A stretch of 26,476 nt of DNA from contig JABXKD010000051.1 in NCBI GenBank assembly GCA_013375475.1, positions 1 to 26,476 of the forward strand. The letters are read 5' to 3'. Below, in pieces: positions 1 to 9,421 of the stretch (the stretch's first letter is position 1; every line of letters begins with the position of its first letter). This stretch comes from Promethearchaeota archaeon. Its GTDB lineage: Archaea > Asgardarchaeota > Lokiarchaeia > Sigyniarchaeales > SOKP01. Below the pieces are notes generated by a model that saw only the letters and a list, made by a program, of their open reading frames with translations, did no database searches and was not told the origin of the DNA. The translations under genes were made by a program, and so were the position numbers.

Positions 1-33
1 ATTTAACGTCTTATACATTCTAAATTTTTTCAT
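1..33 (-). CDS. 5' end of a gene running off the left edge (MKKFRMYKTLN...)
   Basis: ATG at 33-31 on the minus strand, open to position 1, divergent from the ORF at 127. Only 11 codons are visible. Confidence 0.35.
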   Translation of the reverse strand, partial: MKKFRMYKTLN

Positions 34-126
34 GTTAATTTTGAAAAAGAGTTTTCCCTTTGATTTGATAACTTCCTCTAAATATTTTAGAAAATAACTA
101 TAATACATTCTATCCTCAATGAATCT

Positions 127-478
127 ATGAAAAAAGAACCTTTAGAAGATTTTGTTGTCGATAAAGAAAGAGTTAACGCCTTAAAGATTTTATTGGAAGC
201 CAATTCTGAATTTATAACCTCTAAAGAGAAAAATAGTATAATTCAAGCATTTAAGGTTAATCACTACGCAGCTTTTATTAAGTTGTACAGCAGAGAAGAT
301 TATGTAAAAAACGGTAAAAAATGCAATGGAACAAGGAAATCCTTTTATTCTTGATAATTTTGACGATTCAACAAAAAAGATGGCAGAAGGATTCATGGTG
401 AGCTACAAATATTGGAAACAGAGCAGTAAGCTAATTAATTTCATTAAAACCCAGAGAACAATAGATAATTTTTTATAA
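127..478 (+). pseudogene. Small hypothetical protein (~116 aa) interrupted by an apparent +1 frameshift
   Basis: Frame 1 runs 127-354. The +1 frame is open 308-478 and reads protein-like (TVKNAMEQGNPFILDNFDDSTKKMAEGFMVSYKYWKQSSKLINFIKTQRTIDNFL*). Removing one A from the A6 run at 306-311 joins them. Confidence 0.5.
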
Positions 479-549
479 GGTCTCTAATTCTAAATTTTAA
501 GTTATTCTTATCTTTGTTTAAATCTTTAAGGAATTGGTGAGATACCAGA

Positions 550-1407
550 TTGATTATTGATATGCATGTGCATGCTTTTTGTAAAGAGGCTTATTGGGGC
601 AATGATCTTCACTATGTAGCTGATGCTCTACTTGGTAATAATAAGAAAGGGCGTCGTGCGATGCTTAAATTTTATGAAGTCCTACAGACAAAAATATCTA
701 TTGACGATTATGTTACTCAAATGAAACATCATGGAATTGATAAAGCCGTGATTGTATCATATAACCTTACTACAGCTTATGGCGTATGTATTGTAACAAA
801 TGACAACATCGCAGATTTTGTTAAGAAATTTCCAGATAAATTTATAGGATTTGCGTGTATTGATGTTCCTGCACCTGACGCTTTGGATCAGCTTGAATAT
901 GCTATAACATCGCTAGACCTTAAAGGCATTAAACTTGTACCGCCAGCGCAGAAATTCGATATTTCTGATAAAAAATACGACCTTCTATGGAAAAAAATGA
1001 TAGATTTTGACATTCCTCTTTGGACTCACACATCGCATTTAGTTTCAATAATAGGATCGATAACCAAATACGGTCATCCCATGTTAGTAGACGAATTAGC
1101 ATCGAGGCATCAAGATTTAACAATCATAATGGGGCATATGGGGGTTCCATGGTTTTGGGATGCATGGAGTGTAGTTCTTAGAAATCCTAATGTCTATATT
1201 GATATTTCTACGTATTCTGACCTGTATCCGTGGTTTCCTTGGGATGCGTATTCTAAATATAATATCGAACACAAAGTTCTATTTGCTTCAGATCACCCAT
1301 TAGAACATTGGAATAAAATAGTTCCCGCTGCGCAAAATTTACCGATTTCAGAAGGATTTAAGGAAGCTATCTTATATAAAAATGCTATGAAACTTTTAAA
1401 ATTATAA
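550..1407 (+). CDS. Amidohydrolase family 2 (TIM-barrel metal-dependent hydrolase/decarboxylase, COG2159-like)
   Basis: Metal-ligand motifs DMHVH, WTH, GHMG and FASD; TTG start 9 nt after the GGTGA SD at 536-540. Confidence 0.9.
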   Translation: MIIDMHVHAFCKEAYWGNDLHYVADALLGNNKKGRRAMLKFYEVLQTKISIDDYVTQMKHHGIDKAVIVSYNLTTAYGVCIVTNDNIADFVKKFPDKFIGFACIDVPAPDALDQLEYAITSLDLKGIKLVPPAQKFDISDKKYDLLWKKMIDFDIPLWTHTSHLVSIIGSITKYGHPMLVDELASRHQDLTIIMGHMGVPWFWDAWSVVLRNPNVYIDISTYSDLYPWFPWDAYSKYNIEHKVLFASDHPLEHWNKIVPAAQNLPISEGFKEAILYKNAMKLLKL

Positions 1408-1425
1408 TTTATTTTATAGAATTTA

Positions 1426-2409
1426 ATGAAAAGGAGTTATTTGGTAATAACAAAAATCGTAGTAATTTTTACTTTATCTCTCATAATCTACTTCTCTTTA
1501 ACAGAATATTTGCTAAATAAACAATCATATGAATGGTATTCCTATGAATTAAGTGTCATGCGAGCTACCTCGCTTATATTGTTAAATATCTACTTTTTTA
1601 TTTTAGTATTTATAATTAAAATCAGCGTTTTTAAAAAGTTGTATCTAATTCTTATTATTTTTGGAATAATTGCATGGAATCTCTCTCATTTTCACTCCAT
1701 TCTTGAATTAAATTTACTTTCAAATACGGTTGATGATTTTCTAGAAATTATATTGTTTATCTCAACCTCCATTGTAGCTCCGGGGTTATTGATTGTAATC
1801 GTTTACTATATCAAGAAATTTAGTTCAAAATTTGAAGGAAACTTTATTGGCAAATACCATTTACACGAGGGATTATTTGGAATAATATTAGTCGGATTAG
1901 CTATCCTTTTTTTTGCAATCCGTACGTATGTAATTCAATTTGACATTTTTTTGAAGGAATTTAAAGTCTACTTAGCTATAATAATGATCTTTCTGTATTT
2001 TTTCTTATTTTTTGGTGGATTTTTCATTCTTAGAGATTTCAATGACATTATCCACCTTAAATTTGTAAAAAAAATACCACCCTCTCAGAAAATTTCGAAA
2101 CAAGATGGAGTAATCTTCAATTCATTGAGTCACGATAACCTTTCTTTTTTCAAATTTTCAAAATTATATCTTTTTCCATTAGGCGCATTTTTAACTGGAA
2201 TCTCATTTAGTATGGTAATTTATAGCACTAAATTCATTCCTAGAGATGTGTTAAGTTCGAGGGATACAATCAATTTTGGTTATTTATTAGGTTTCTTAGC
2301 AGGTGCGTTAATTGGTTATGATTGGGTTAGAGTTTTTAAACAGTTCTTCCCTAATCAATATGAAGAAATCGAGTTAAAAATAATAGAATTACAAAAAAAT
2401 GATGTTTGA
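1426..2409 (+). CDS. Hypothetical polytopic membrane protein (~8 TM)
   Basis: 327-aa ORF with many hydrophobic segments and a GKYHLHEG motif. Confidence 0.8.
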   Translation: MKRSYLVITKIVVIFTLSLIIYFSLTEYLLNKQSYEWYSYELSVMRATSLILLNIYFFILVFIIKISVFKKLYLILIIFGIIAWNLSHFHSILELNLLSNTVDDFLEIILFISTSIVAPGLLIVIVYYIKKFSSKFEGNFIGKYHLHEGLFGIILVGLAILFFAIRTYVIQFDIFLKEFKVYLAIIMIFLYFFLFFGGFFILRDFNDIIHLKFVKKIPPSQKISKQDGVIFNSLSHDNLSFFKFSKLYLFPLGAFLTGISFSMVIYSTKFIPRDVLSSRDTINFGYLLGFLAGALIGYDWVRVFKQFFPNQYEEIELKIIELQKNDV

Positions 2410-2423
2410 TTTATTTGATTACT

Positions 2424-3314
2424 ATGATTTGGAAAACTTCTATAAATAAGATGACGGGTACTAAGTACCCATTAATTATGGCCGCATTTGCTGGCTTAGG
2501 TAGAACCGAATTTGCTTCATCATTTTCGAATGCTGGGGGTTTGGGGATTATTACTGGTTTAAATTATAAAATTGGTAATTTCAAATCAGAGCTTATAAAG
2601 ATGAGAGAATTGACAGATAAACCTTTTGGGGTTAATTTTACCGTCTTACCTCCGGGAGTAAGAGAATTCGATCCTCTTAGCAATATTTCCAAAGAAGATT
2701 ACTTAAAATATCTGGAAATTGCTATTGATGACGGTGTAGAAGTTTTTACTACCTCTGCGTATCAAGCAAATCATCTAGGGGAAAGAATAAAAGAAGCAGG
2801 GTGTTATTGGTTTCACAAATGTGCTTTACTTAGGCATGCAATTACGGCAGAAAGAGCTGGAGCAGATGCTGTTACTTTGATAGGAATGGAATCATCGGGA
2901 TTTAAAAACCCTTTCCAACATACTACTTTAATCAATATCACTTTAGCTAAACGACTACTAAAAACACCATTAATTGCAGCAGGCGGAATCGGTGATGCGC
3001 GTGGATTCTTAGGGGCATTAGGTATGGGCGCTGAGGGGGTTTGTTTAGGTTCAGCGATTCTTACGACGAAAGAAAGCCCTGCTTCTCAAGAAAGGAAAGA
3101 AGGATGGCTAGAATCAGATGTACTTTCTGAAGAATACCATAAACAATTATATCATCGAGAATTAAAAGGTACGAGAGTACTCTCAGTAGCTACCGCACAC
3201 CAGAAAAAAAGTATCTCCATTCATGAATTCATTGAGGGCATGATGGTTGAAGCCTCAGAAATATTAATATCATGGGGCTTTAAAGAAGATCAATTTACGA
3301 TTCTACCAGAATAA
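2424..3314 (+). CDS. Nitronate monooxygenase / FabK-like FMN-dependent oxidoreductase
   Basis: KYPLIMA, SNAGGLG, LTDKPFGVN, AERAGAD, PLIAAGGIGDARG and GAEGVCLGS motifs. ATG 2424 preferred over TTG 2406 because it avoids overlap with the upstream gene. Confidence 0.88.
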   Translation: MIWKTSINKMTGTKYPLIMAAFAGLGRTEFASSFSNAGGLGIITGLNYKIGNFKSELIKMRELTDKPFGVNFTVLPPGVREFDPLSNISKEDYLKYLEIAIDDGVEVFTTSAYQANHLGERIKEAGCYWFHKCALLRHAITAERAGADAVTLIGMESSGFKNPFQHTTLINITLAKRLLKTPLIAAGGIGDARGFLGALGMGAEGVCLGSAILTTKESPASQERKEGWLESDVLSEEYHKQLYHRELKGTRVLSVATAHQKKSISIHEFIEGMMVEASEILISWGFKEDQFTILPE

Positions 3315-3437
3315 ATAAAGAAGATTGGACTAACTTTTTTTATGCCTTTAATTTGATTAGGATTAATTATAAATAGAAATAAAAAGTAAACTATGTAAAT
3401 CTATGCATTAAGATTGATATTAGATTAATGAGGTAAG

Positions 3438-4649
3438 ATGAAAATGTCAAATGAGTCAAAAGTATATTGGGCATCACCAAATGAAGTTGCGGCATTGAAT
3501 AACAATTCAAAAAATATGGTTACTAATAAATTAGTAAAAACTCGATTAATTTTAGATAAAATATTAGATAACATTAACCCTGGAGATCAGGTTGCTATTA
3601 AAGTTCATGTAGGAGAGGCTCAAAATACACATTATTTACGTCACGATTTTATTCATGAAACAGTCAAAGCAGTTAAATCATTAGGTGGAATTCCAACCTT
3701 GATTGAGACTCAAGGAGGAGGAAATCATCTTCAAAGTATTGAAATCTGTGAGAATTACTCAATTTGTATTGGACATCGAAAAAATGCTATAGAGCATCAA
3801 GAAATTGCTAAGTTGCACGGATATGATGAATCAATCGTTGGCGCTCCACTCAAATTTATTGATGGGGAAAAAGGAATTAAAGGAGAAATTGTAGAAATAG
3901 AGGGTATCACCTTAAAAAAAGTTTCAGTTGGGAAGGATCTCTTTAACTACGATAAACTTGTTGTTGTTTCTCACTTTAAAGGTCACCCTCAAGCAGGTTT
4001 TGGTGGCGCTTTGAAACAACTTGGAATTGGATGTGTAACCAAACACAACAAGCACTTAGCCCACATGGTAGAAATGCTGACGATTAACGAACGAAGATGC
4101 GATATTTCTCAGTGCAAACAGGAATGTGTTGGTTCGTGCCCGGTACAAGCAATTACTATTGAAAATGAGAAAGCTGTAATAAACTCTGATCTATGTTATG
4201 GATGCTTTATATGTACCCAGCATTGCCCAGTTAAACGTGCCATTAAAAGACCAAAGATGAATGAGATTGATGAATTTATCGATCGTTTCATTGATAGTGC
4301 AACAGCAGTTATTAATTCTTTCCATTCAGAAAATATTCGCTATATTAATTTTGCCTTGGATATACCTCTAATGTGTGATTGTGTAGCAAATCCAGGGATG
4401 GCTGTTGTGCCGGATCTAGGAATATTTGGGTCTTCTGATCCTGTTGCGATTGATAAAGCTTGTTTTGACGCGGAAATTGAAGCTCCTGGGCTCCCAATTT
4501 TAAAAGAGGATGGACAATGGACAAAGCCTATAGAGCAGGGTGTTGAGAAGTTCAAAGCAATGATGGGAACGTTACACCCTATTCGTCAATTTGAAGCCGC
4601 TGTACAAAATAAAATCGGCTCAACTACTTATGAATTAATCCAGATTTGA
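3438..4649 (+). CDS. DUF362 domain protein with inserted 2x[4Fe-4S] ferredoxin
   Basis: VAIKVHVGE, SHFKGH..GFGGALKQLGIGC, CDC and SSDPVAIDKA motifs; Cys clusters CDISQCKQECVGSCP and CYGCFICTQHCP; GAGGT SD at 3430-3434. Confidence 0.9.
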   Translation: MKMSNESKVYWASPNEVAALNNNSKNMVTNKLVKTRLILDKILDNINPGDQVAIKVHVGEAQNTHYLRHDFIHETVKAVKSLGGIPTLIETQGGGNHLQSIEICENYSICIGHRKNAIEHQEIAKLHGYDESIVGAPLKFIDGEKGIKGEIVEIEGITLKKVSVGKDLFNYDKLVVVSHFKGHPQAGFGGALKQLGIGCVTKHNKHLAHMVEMLTINERRCDISQCKQECVGSCPVQAITIENEKAVINSDLCYGCFICTQHCPVKRAIKRPKMNEIDEFIDRFIDSATAVINSFHSENIRYINFALDIPLMCDCVANPGMAVVPDLGIFGSSDPVAIDKACFDAEIEAPGLPILKEDGQWTKPIEQGVEKFKAMMGTLHPIRQFEAAVQNKIGSTTYELIQI

Positions 4650-4779
4650 ATGAAAATACTTTTAAATAACGGAGTAGTAAATTATTATTATTGAACATCA
4701 TTTCGTAAAATCTTCAATAAATTGTTATTTTTATTATAAATCTGTTATTAAATACAAAAAATGAAAATTAGGTGAAATT

Positions 4780-6015
4780 ATGGCCTTAGCTGGCGAAAAA
4801 GTTGGAATTCCTAGCGCAGATGAAGCCCCTATGATTGTAATGGCACGATATAAGCAACCACTAGCGGGAATTTTATCAATTGCTCTTGTTTTTGTAATCA
4901 GCATTTTGACTTGGTGGATTTTTTTTGATCCACGGTGGCACAATCCTAATCCTAACCCTGATATAGTAATGGAAGTTACAGCATGGGCAACAGTTATTGG
5001 CGGTTTTGGATTAATTGGAGTAGTGTGGGCAATATGGTTTGAAAATTGGCCTTATTATAATTGGTTCAAAACTCCATGGAAAGTTGGATTAGTAGGAACT
5101 GCATTAAATTTTGTGATCATCTTAATTTTTTCACTTTTACTTTTACCATGGTTTACATCATTGTATGGTAGTGAAATTCTCGCAAGAGGTCTTCCAGATG
5201 ATCCTTATATTGCATGGTTCCTTGGGGCTTCTATTTTTGGTGCTTTGAGTGGTTCTTGTTTTTCTTTTGCAGTGTTATGGGTTGCTGGGACTATGTATTG
5301 GCCATTCTTTAAGATCAAACAACCTAAACGCGGAATTATCGTCTGGATTATTGGTAATGCAATCACGATCTTGGCTTGGTTTTTATTATTTTTTCCAGCA
5401 GGTGAACGCACAGCTCCTTCTGAAGTTGATGCGGTTAAACCTATAACTGGTTTCCCCAGTTATGCTTTTTCACTCGGGTGGACCCAATGGTTAATTTTTT
5501 TCTCATTATTAACGATGATGGTATTTGAATATTGGCCGTGGAGTAAATTGGGTAGAAAACAACCATTTATTGGTATGATCGCGACGGGAGCTTGTATAGT
5601 TTTGGGCTTAATCGTTTCGGTATTGTTTCCTTACATTGCTCAATATATTTTTGATCCATTTTTTGTAGCGATTGGAGGAATACCTCCTGGTCCAGTACCT
5701 AGACTTAAAGGGTGGTATATGATGAGTATTACTTATGCTATATTTCTAATTTGCGCTGTGGTATTAGTTTCTTTATTCTTTGACAACTGGCCAAAAAAAT
5801 ATACTCAATGGAAGAATTTTCTCTATAGATTTCTGTTGGTTATTGGTATTGGAACAGTAACCTTTTTCGCTTATTATCTCTTATCACCATTCGTGTTTGG
5901 AGATAACACGAATTTCTGGTCGATGAATCCTACTCCATTTGTACTGTGGTTCCTTTGGATTGAAATATTATTTGCGTATGTTTGGAGAAAATGGCCTATA
6001 TATCGAGCAGTTTAG
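4780..6015 (+). CDS. 10-TM membrane protein with five internal repeats, putative transporter/channel
   Basis: GGTGA SD at 4771-4775; repeated KQPxxG...(F)ExWP units; first gene of an operon with the acyl-CoA ligase and FabH-like enzyme. Confidence 0.8.
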   Translation: MALAGEKVGIPSADEAPMIVMARYKQPLAGILSIALVFVISILTWWIFFDPRWHNPNPNPDIVMEVTAWATVIGGFGLIGVVWAIWFENWPYYNWFKTPWKVGLVGTALNFVIILIFSLLLLPWFTSLYGSEILARGLPDDPYIAWFLGASIFGALSGSCFSFAVLWVAGTMYWPFFKIKQPKRGIIVWIIGNAITILAWFLLFFPAGERTAPSEVDAVKPITGFPSYAFSLGWTQWLIFFSLLTMMVFEYWPWSKLGRKQPFIGMIATGACIVLGLIVSVLFPYIAQYIFDPFFVAIGGIPPGPVPRLKGWYMMSITYAIFLICAVVLVSLFFDNWPKKYTQWKNFLYRFLLVIGIGTVTFFAYYLLSPFVFGDNTNFWSMNPTPFVLWFLWIEILFAYVWRKWPIYRAV

Positions 6016-6027
6016 GTGATTTCCACA

Positions 6028-7578
6028 ATGTTTAAAGCTGGAGATTTTTCAATTTCAACTGAATTTAATTGGATAGGTGATTGGGCTGGGCGGCGTGCTG
6101 TTTTAACGCCAAACCGGGAAGCCTTATTTGATAACATTGAAAAAAACCACTATACCTTTAAAGATCTAAACATAAGGGCAAATAGACTTGCTCGCGTTTT
6201 ATTAAACGAGGGTATTTCGAAAGGTGATCGTGTTGCAATGTTCTCTACAAATCGACTTGAATGTATAGATTTGTTTTTAGCAACGGGAAAAATTGGAGCG
6301 ATTCTCGTTCCATTCAATATACGATTATCTACTCCAGAACTTGAATATTTAATTAAAAAAACTTCTCCCTCCATTTTTTTTTATGAACCAAGATTAGAGG
6401 AGAAAGCTTTAGAAATTAAGAATTTGAATTTAATTAAAAACAACGTTGTGATGGGCAACAAATCAATTTTAAATGATACAACAACTCAAAAATTGACAGA
6501 GAAAATATCAAGTTCTAAAGTTGAGCGTCCAATTATAAATTTTGAGGATCCTCATCTAATATTATTTACAGGGGGCACTACTGGACTCCCTAAAGGGGCT
6601 ATTATTCCTCATCGATTAATCTTTTGGAATTCTGTGAATACAATTTTGTCTTGGAGTTTAACACCCGAGGATATTCAACCTCTATTATTTCCTCTGTTCC
6701 ACACTGGGGGTTGGAATGTTCTTGTTGTTCCTTTTTATCATCTTGGAGCAAAAACGATATTGATGGGAGATTTTGATCCAGAAGAAACAATTAAAGTGAT
6801 TAAGCGTGAAAAAAGTACAATTGTAATAGGAGTCCCTACAATGTTTCATGCTATGGCGAATTTACCATTGTTTAAAGAAACAAATTTCGATTCCGTCAAA
6901 GTATTTATTTCTGGAGGCGCTCCTTGTCCCGTCGCAATTATGGAAAGATACTGGGCAATGAATAAACCTTTTAAAATGGGGTATGGATTAACTGAAGTAG
7001 GACCAAATAATTTTTACTTGCCAGAACAAGAAATTAAAAAACGACCAACTTCAGTAGGATTACCTGTTTTCCACTGTGATACGAAGATTATAGACACCAA
7101 AACAAATCAAGTTGTAAAAAAAGGAGATGTGGGTGAACTTTTACTAAAAGGGCTTCATGTATTTTCTGGGTATTGGAAAGAACCGGAAGAGACCAAAAAA
7201 ACTATTGAACAAGATGGATGGGTTCATACGGGCGATTTGGTCATGCAGGATGAGGATGGATATTATTACATTGTAGGCCGTAGAAAAGAAATGTATATTA
7301 GTGGGGGAGAAAATATTTTCCCTATCGAAATCGAAGAAATTCTCTTTAAACATCCAGCGATCGATCTTGCTGCGGTCATAGGCGTTCCTGATGAAAAATG
7401 GGGCGAAGTAGGTAAGGCTTTCTTAACGCTAAAACCGGGTAAATCTCTAAAATCCGAAGAAATTCGAGAATATCTATTGAATAAGCTCGCAAAATATAAA
7501 GTTCCTAAATATTTTGAAATAAGGGATTCATTACCTCTAAGTGCAACTGGAAAAATTTTAAAAAGAGAATTAAAATAG
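6028..7578 (+). CDS. Acyl-CoA synthetase / long-chain fatty-acid-CoA ligase (ANL superfamily)
   Basis: AMP-binding FTGGTTGLPKG, GYGLTE, HTGD, GRRKE..ISGGENIFPIEIE and TGKI. ATG 6028 lies 7 nt after AGGTGAT (6014-6020); the ORF track uses GTG 6016. Confidence 0.93.
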   Translation: MFKAGDFSISTEFNWIGDWAGRRAVLTPNREALFDNIEKNHYTFKDLNIRANRLARVLLNEGISKGDRVAMFSTNRLECIDLFLATGKIGAILVPFNIRLSTPELEYLIKKTSPSIFFYEPRLEEKALEIKNLNLIKNNVVMGNKSILNDTTTQKLTEKISSSKVERPIINFEDPHLILFTGGTTGLPKGAIIPHRLIFWNSVNTILSWSLTPEDIQPLLFPLFHTGGWNVLVVPFYHLGAKTILMGDFDPEETIKVIKREKSTIVIGVPTMFHAMANLPLFKETNFDSVKVFISGGAPCPVAIMERYWAMNKPFKMGYGLTEVGPNNFYLPEQEIKKRPTSVGLPVFHCDTKIIDTKTNQVVKKGDVGELLLKGLHVFSGYWKEPEETKKTIEQDGWVHTGDLVMQDEDGYYYIVGRRKEMYISGGENIFPIEIEEILFKHPAIDLAAVIGVPDEKWGEVGKAFLTLKPGKSLKSEEIREYLLNKLAKYKVPKYFEIRDSLPLSATGKILKRELK

Positions 7579-7589
7579 GTGTATCTTAA

Positions 7590-8618
7590 GTGGAATATCG
7601 TCCCGTTGGATTAGAAGCTTGGGGAGTATATATTCCTAAAGAAAGACATACTAGTGAATATATATCTAAAGAGACTGGAATACCCAAAAACATAATTGAA
7701 GAAAAATTCGGACTTTTAGGAAAAACAGTTCCAGGACCAGAAGATCACACTGTCCAAATGGGTGCTAATGCTAGTTTTCAAGCCCTCAAAAGAGCTAATA
7801 TTACGCCAGAAGATTTAGATGTAATAATTTGGGCTGGAGAAGTCCATGCTGAACGACCGATGGTAGTAAATGGTATAAAACTTCAACAATTACTAGGAAA
7901 CCCAATGAAATCATGGGCTTTTGATGTTAATCAACGATGTGGAACTTTTTTAGTAGGGATGTTGGTTGCAAAAAGTTTAATACAAACAAACCCGAAAATC
8001 AATAGAATATTAGTAGCAAGCGGTTATAGGAATTGTGATTTGATTAATTATAAAAATCCGAGATCCAGATTCATGATTGGTTTAGCAGCAAGTGGTGTAG
8101 CTGCTATTATTCGTGCCGATTATAAAAGAAATGAAATTTTAGGTATCAGCGCAATTTCAGATGGTAGATTTGCCGATGATGTCTACGTTCCAGCAGGAGG
8201 CACAATTCAACCTATTACCCCAAAAGCATTGGATGATGGATTGCTTTATTTGGACGTTCCTGATTCTGAGGGTTTGAAGGATAGATTAGATAAATACTCT
8301 ATGGATTCATTTGTACGAGTAATTGACAATGCCTTAGCACAATCTGGTTATACGCGTAAAGATATTAATTATTTAGCTTTATTACACATGAAAAGAAGTG
8401 CATTTGAGTACGTAGCTAAAACTGTTGGTGTAGATCCTTATACTCAATCGACCTACTTTGAAGATATTGGTCACAATGGACAAAATGACGGAATAATTTC
8501 TATCGAATATGGAATTAGGGATGGAAAAATCAAAAATGGAGATATTGTTGTTATTGTATCAGCAGGAATTGGGTGGGCGTGGAATGCTGGAGTTATTAGG
8601 TGGGGTTCTTCAGACTAG
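7590..8618 (+). CDS. 3-oxoacyl synthase III (FabH)-like condensing enzyme, Cys-His-His subtype
   Basis: Catalytic Cys in FDVNQRCG; LLHM; IGHNGQND (His where FabH has Asn); C-terminal SAGIGWAW; GTG start after GGTGT. Confidence 0.9.
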   Translation: MEYRPVGLEAWGVYIPKERHTSEYISKETGIPKNIIEEKFGLLGKTVPGPEDHTVQMGANASFQALKRANITPEDLDVIIWAGEVHAERPMVVNGIKLQQLLGNPMKSWAFDVNQRCGTFLVGMLVAKSLIQTNPKINRILVASGYRNCDLINYKNPRSRFMIGLAASGVAAIIRADYKRNEILGISAISDGRFADDVYVPAGGTIQPITPKALDDGLLYLDVPDSEGLKDRLDKYSMDSFVRVIDNALAQSGYTRKDINYLALLHMKRSAFEYVAKTVGVDPYTQSTYFEDIGHNGQNDGIISIEYGIRDGKIKNGDIVVIVSAGIGWAWNAGVIRWGSSD

Positions 8619-8644
8619 GTTTACTCATTAGCTAGTGTTTCTTA

Positions 8645-9421
8645 TCACTTTTTCCAAAAAGAAAGTACGAGATTATTAAATTCATCAGGATGATCAAGTA
8701 TGGTTAAATGACCTGCGTCTGGTATGATTGTTAATTCAGATTGTGGTAGCCATTCATGAATCATCTCGCTTGCCCATACTGGAGTAGTAATGTCTTTTTT
8801 TCCTACTGGAATTAAAACTGGAATGGTGAGGGATTTTAAGTTTTCACAAATATTAAAACCAGCTGAAGCTGCCGTTGCTTGTAAACAATCCTGTTTTGTC
8901 ATGTGATCTGTTACTAACTTAGCCACAAATTTTGCTTTCTCGCCATCATAAGGAACCATACCTCTAACACTAATCCCTACTGCAAATTGTTCCAGCTTAC
9001 TATTATTGACTCGTCCTAATACATCCGTAATTGCTTCTTGGCTAATAAAACAGAAACTATCTGCTACTACCATTTTACTCACATGTGATGGATTTTCAAG
9101 ACCATAAACTAAAGCAATCATACCTCCTAATGAATGTCCTACCAAGTAAAGTTCTTTAGTCCAATTAATATGATTCAATAGACTAAACATATCATCTACA
9201 TAATTACGAATCGTAAATCGCTTCTTCGGTTTGGTCGATCTTCCGTGACCGCGGAGATCAAACCGCAACACATGAAATTTTGACTCGAAAAAAGCAAGTT
9301 GAAATTTCCAGCAATCGCTATTTAAGAAAAGACCGTGAATTAAGACCATTTTAGGGCCATTTTCATTTCCACTAATTTGATAGGAAATTTCTATGTTTTT
9401 TTCTGGAGAATAGTATTCCAT
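8645..9421 (-). CDS. Alpha/beta-fold hydrolase (PcaD/enol-lactonase/esterase-like)
   Basis: LIHG, DLRGHGRS, nucleophile elbow GHSLGG, GKKD acid and AGH His. Confidence 0.92.
   Translation of the reverse strand: MEYYSPEKNIEISYQISGNENGPKMVLIHGLFLNSDCWKFQLAFFESKFHVLRFDLRGHGRSTKPKKRFTIRNYVDDMFSLLNHINWTKELYLVGHSLGGMIALVYGLENPSHVSKMVVADSFCFISQEAITDVLGRVNNSKLEQFAVGISVRGMVPYDGEKAKFVAKLVTDHMTKQDCLQATAASAGFNICENLKSLTIPVLIPVGKKDITTPVWASEMIHEWLPQSELTIIPDAGHLTILDHPDEFNNLVLSFWKK

Noticed and set aside
10-21. CTTATACATTCT repeated at 21909-21920 as a possible att site or target duplication
   Set aside because: Only 12 AT-rich bp, no integrase or transposase, and the enclosed genes look like core chromosome.
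352-357. Selenocysteine read-through of TGA stops (Lokiarchaeia can use Sec)
   Set aside because: The TGA at 352-354 is followed directly by TAA; the other TGA stops end complete-looking proteins; no SECIS was recognised.
4942-4959. AATCCT-type short tandem repeat (NPNPNP)
   Set aside because: Three copies in a loop; ordinary low complexity.
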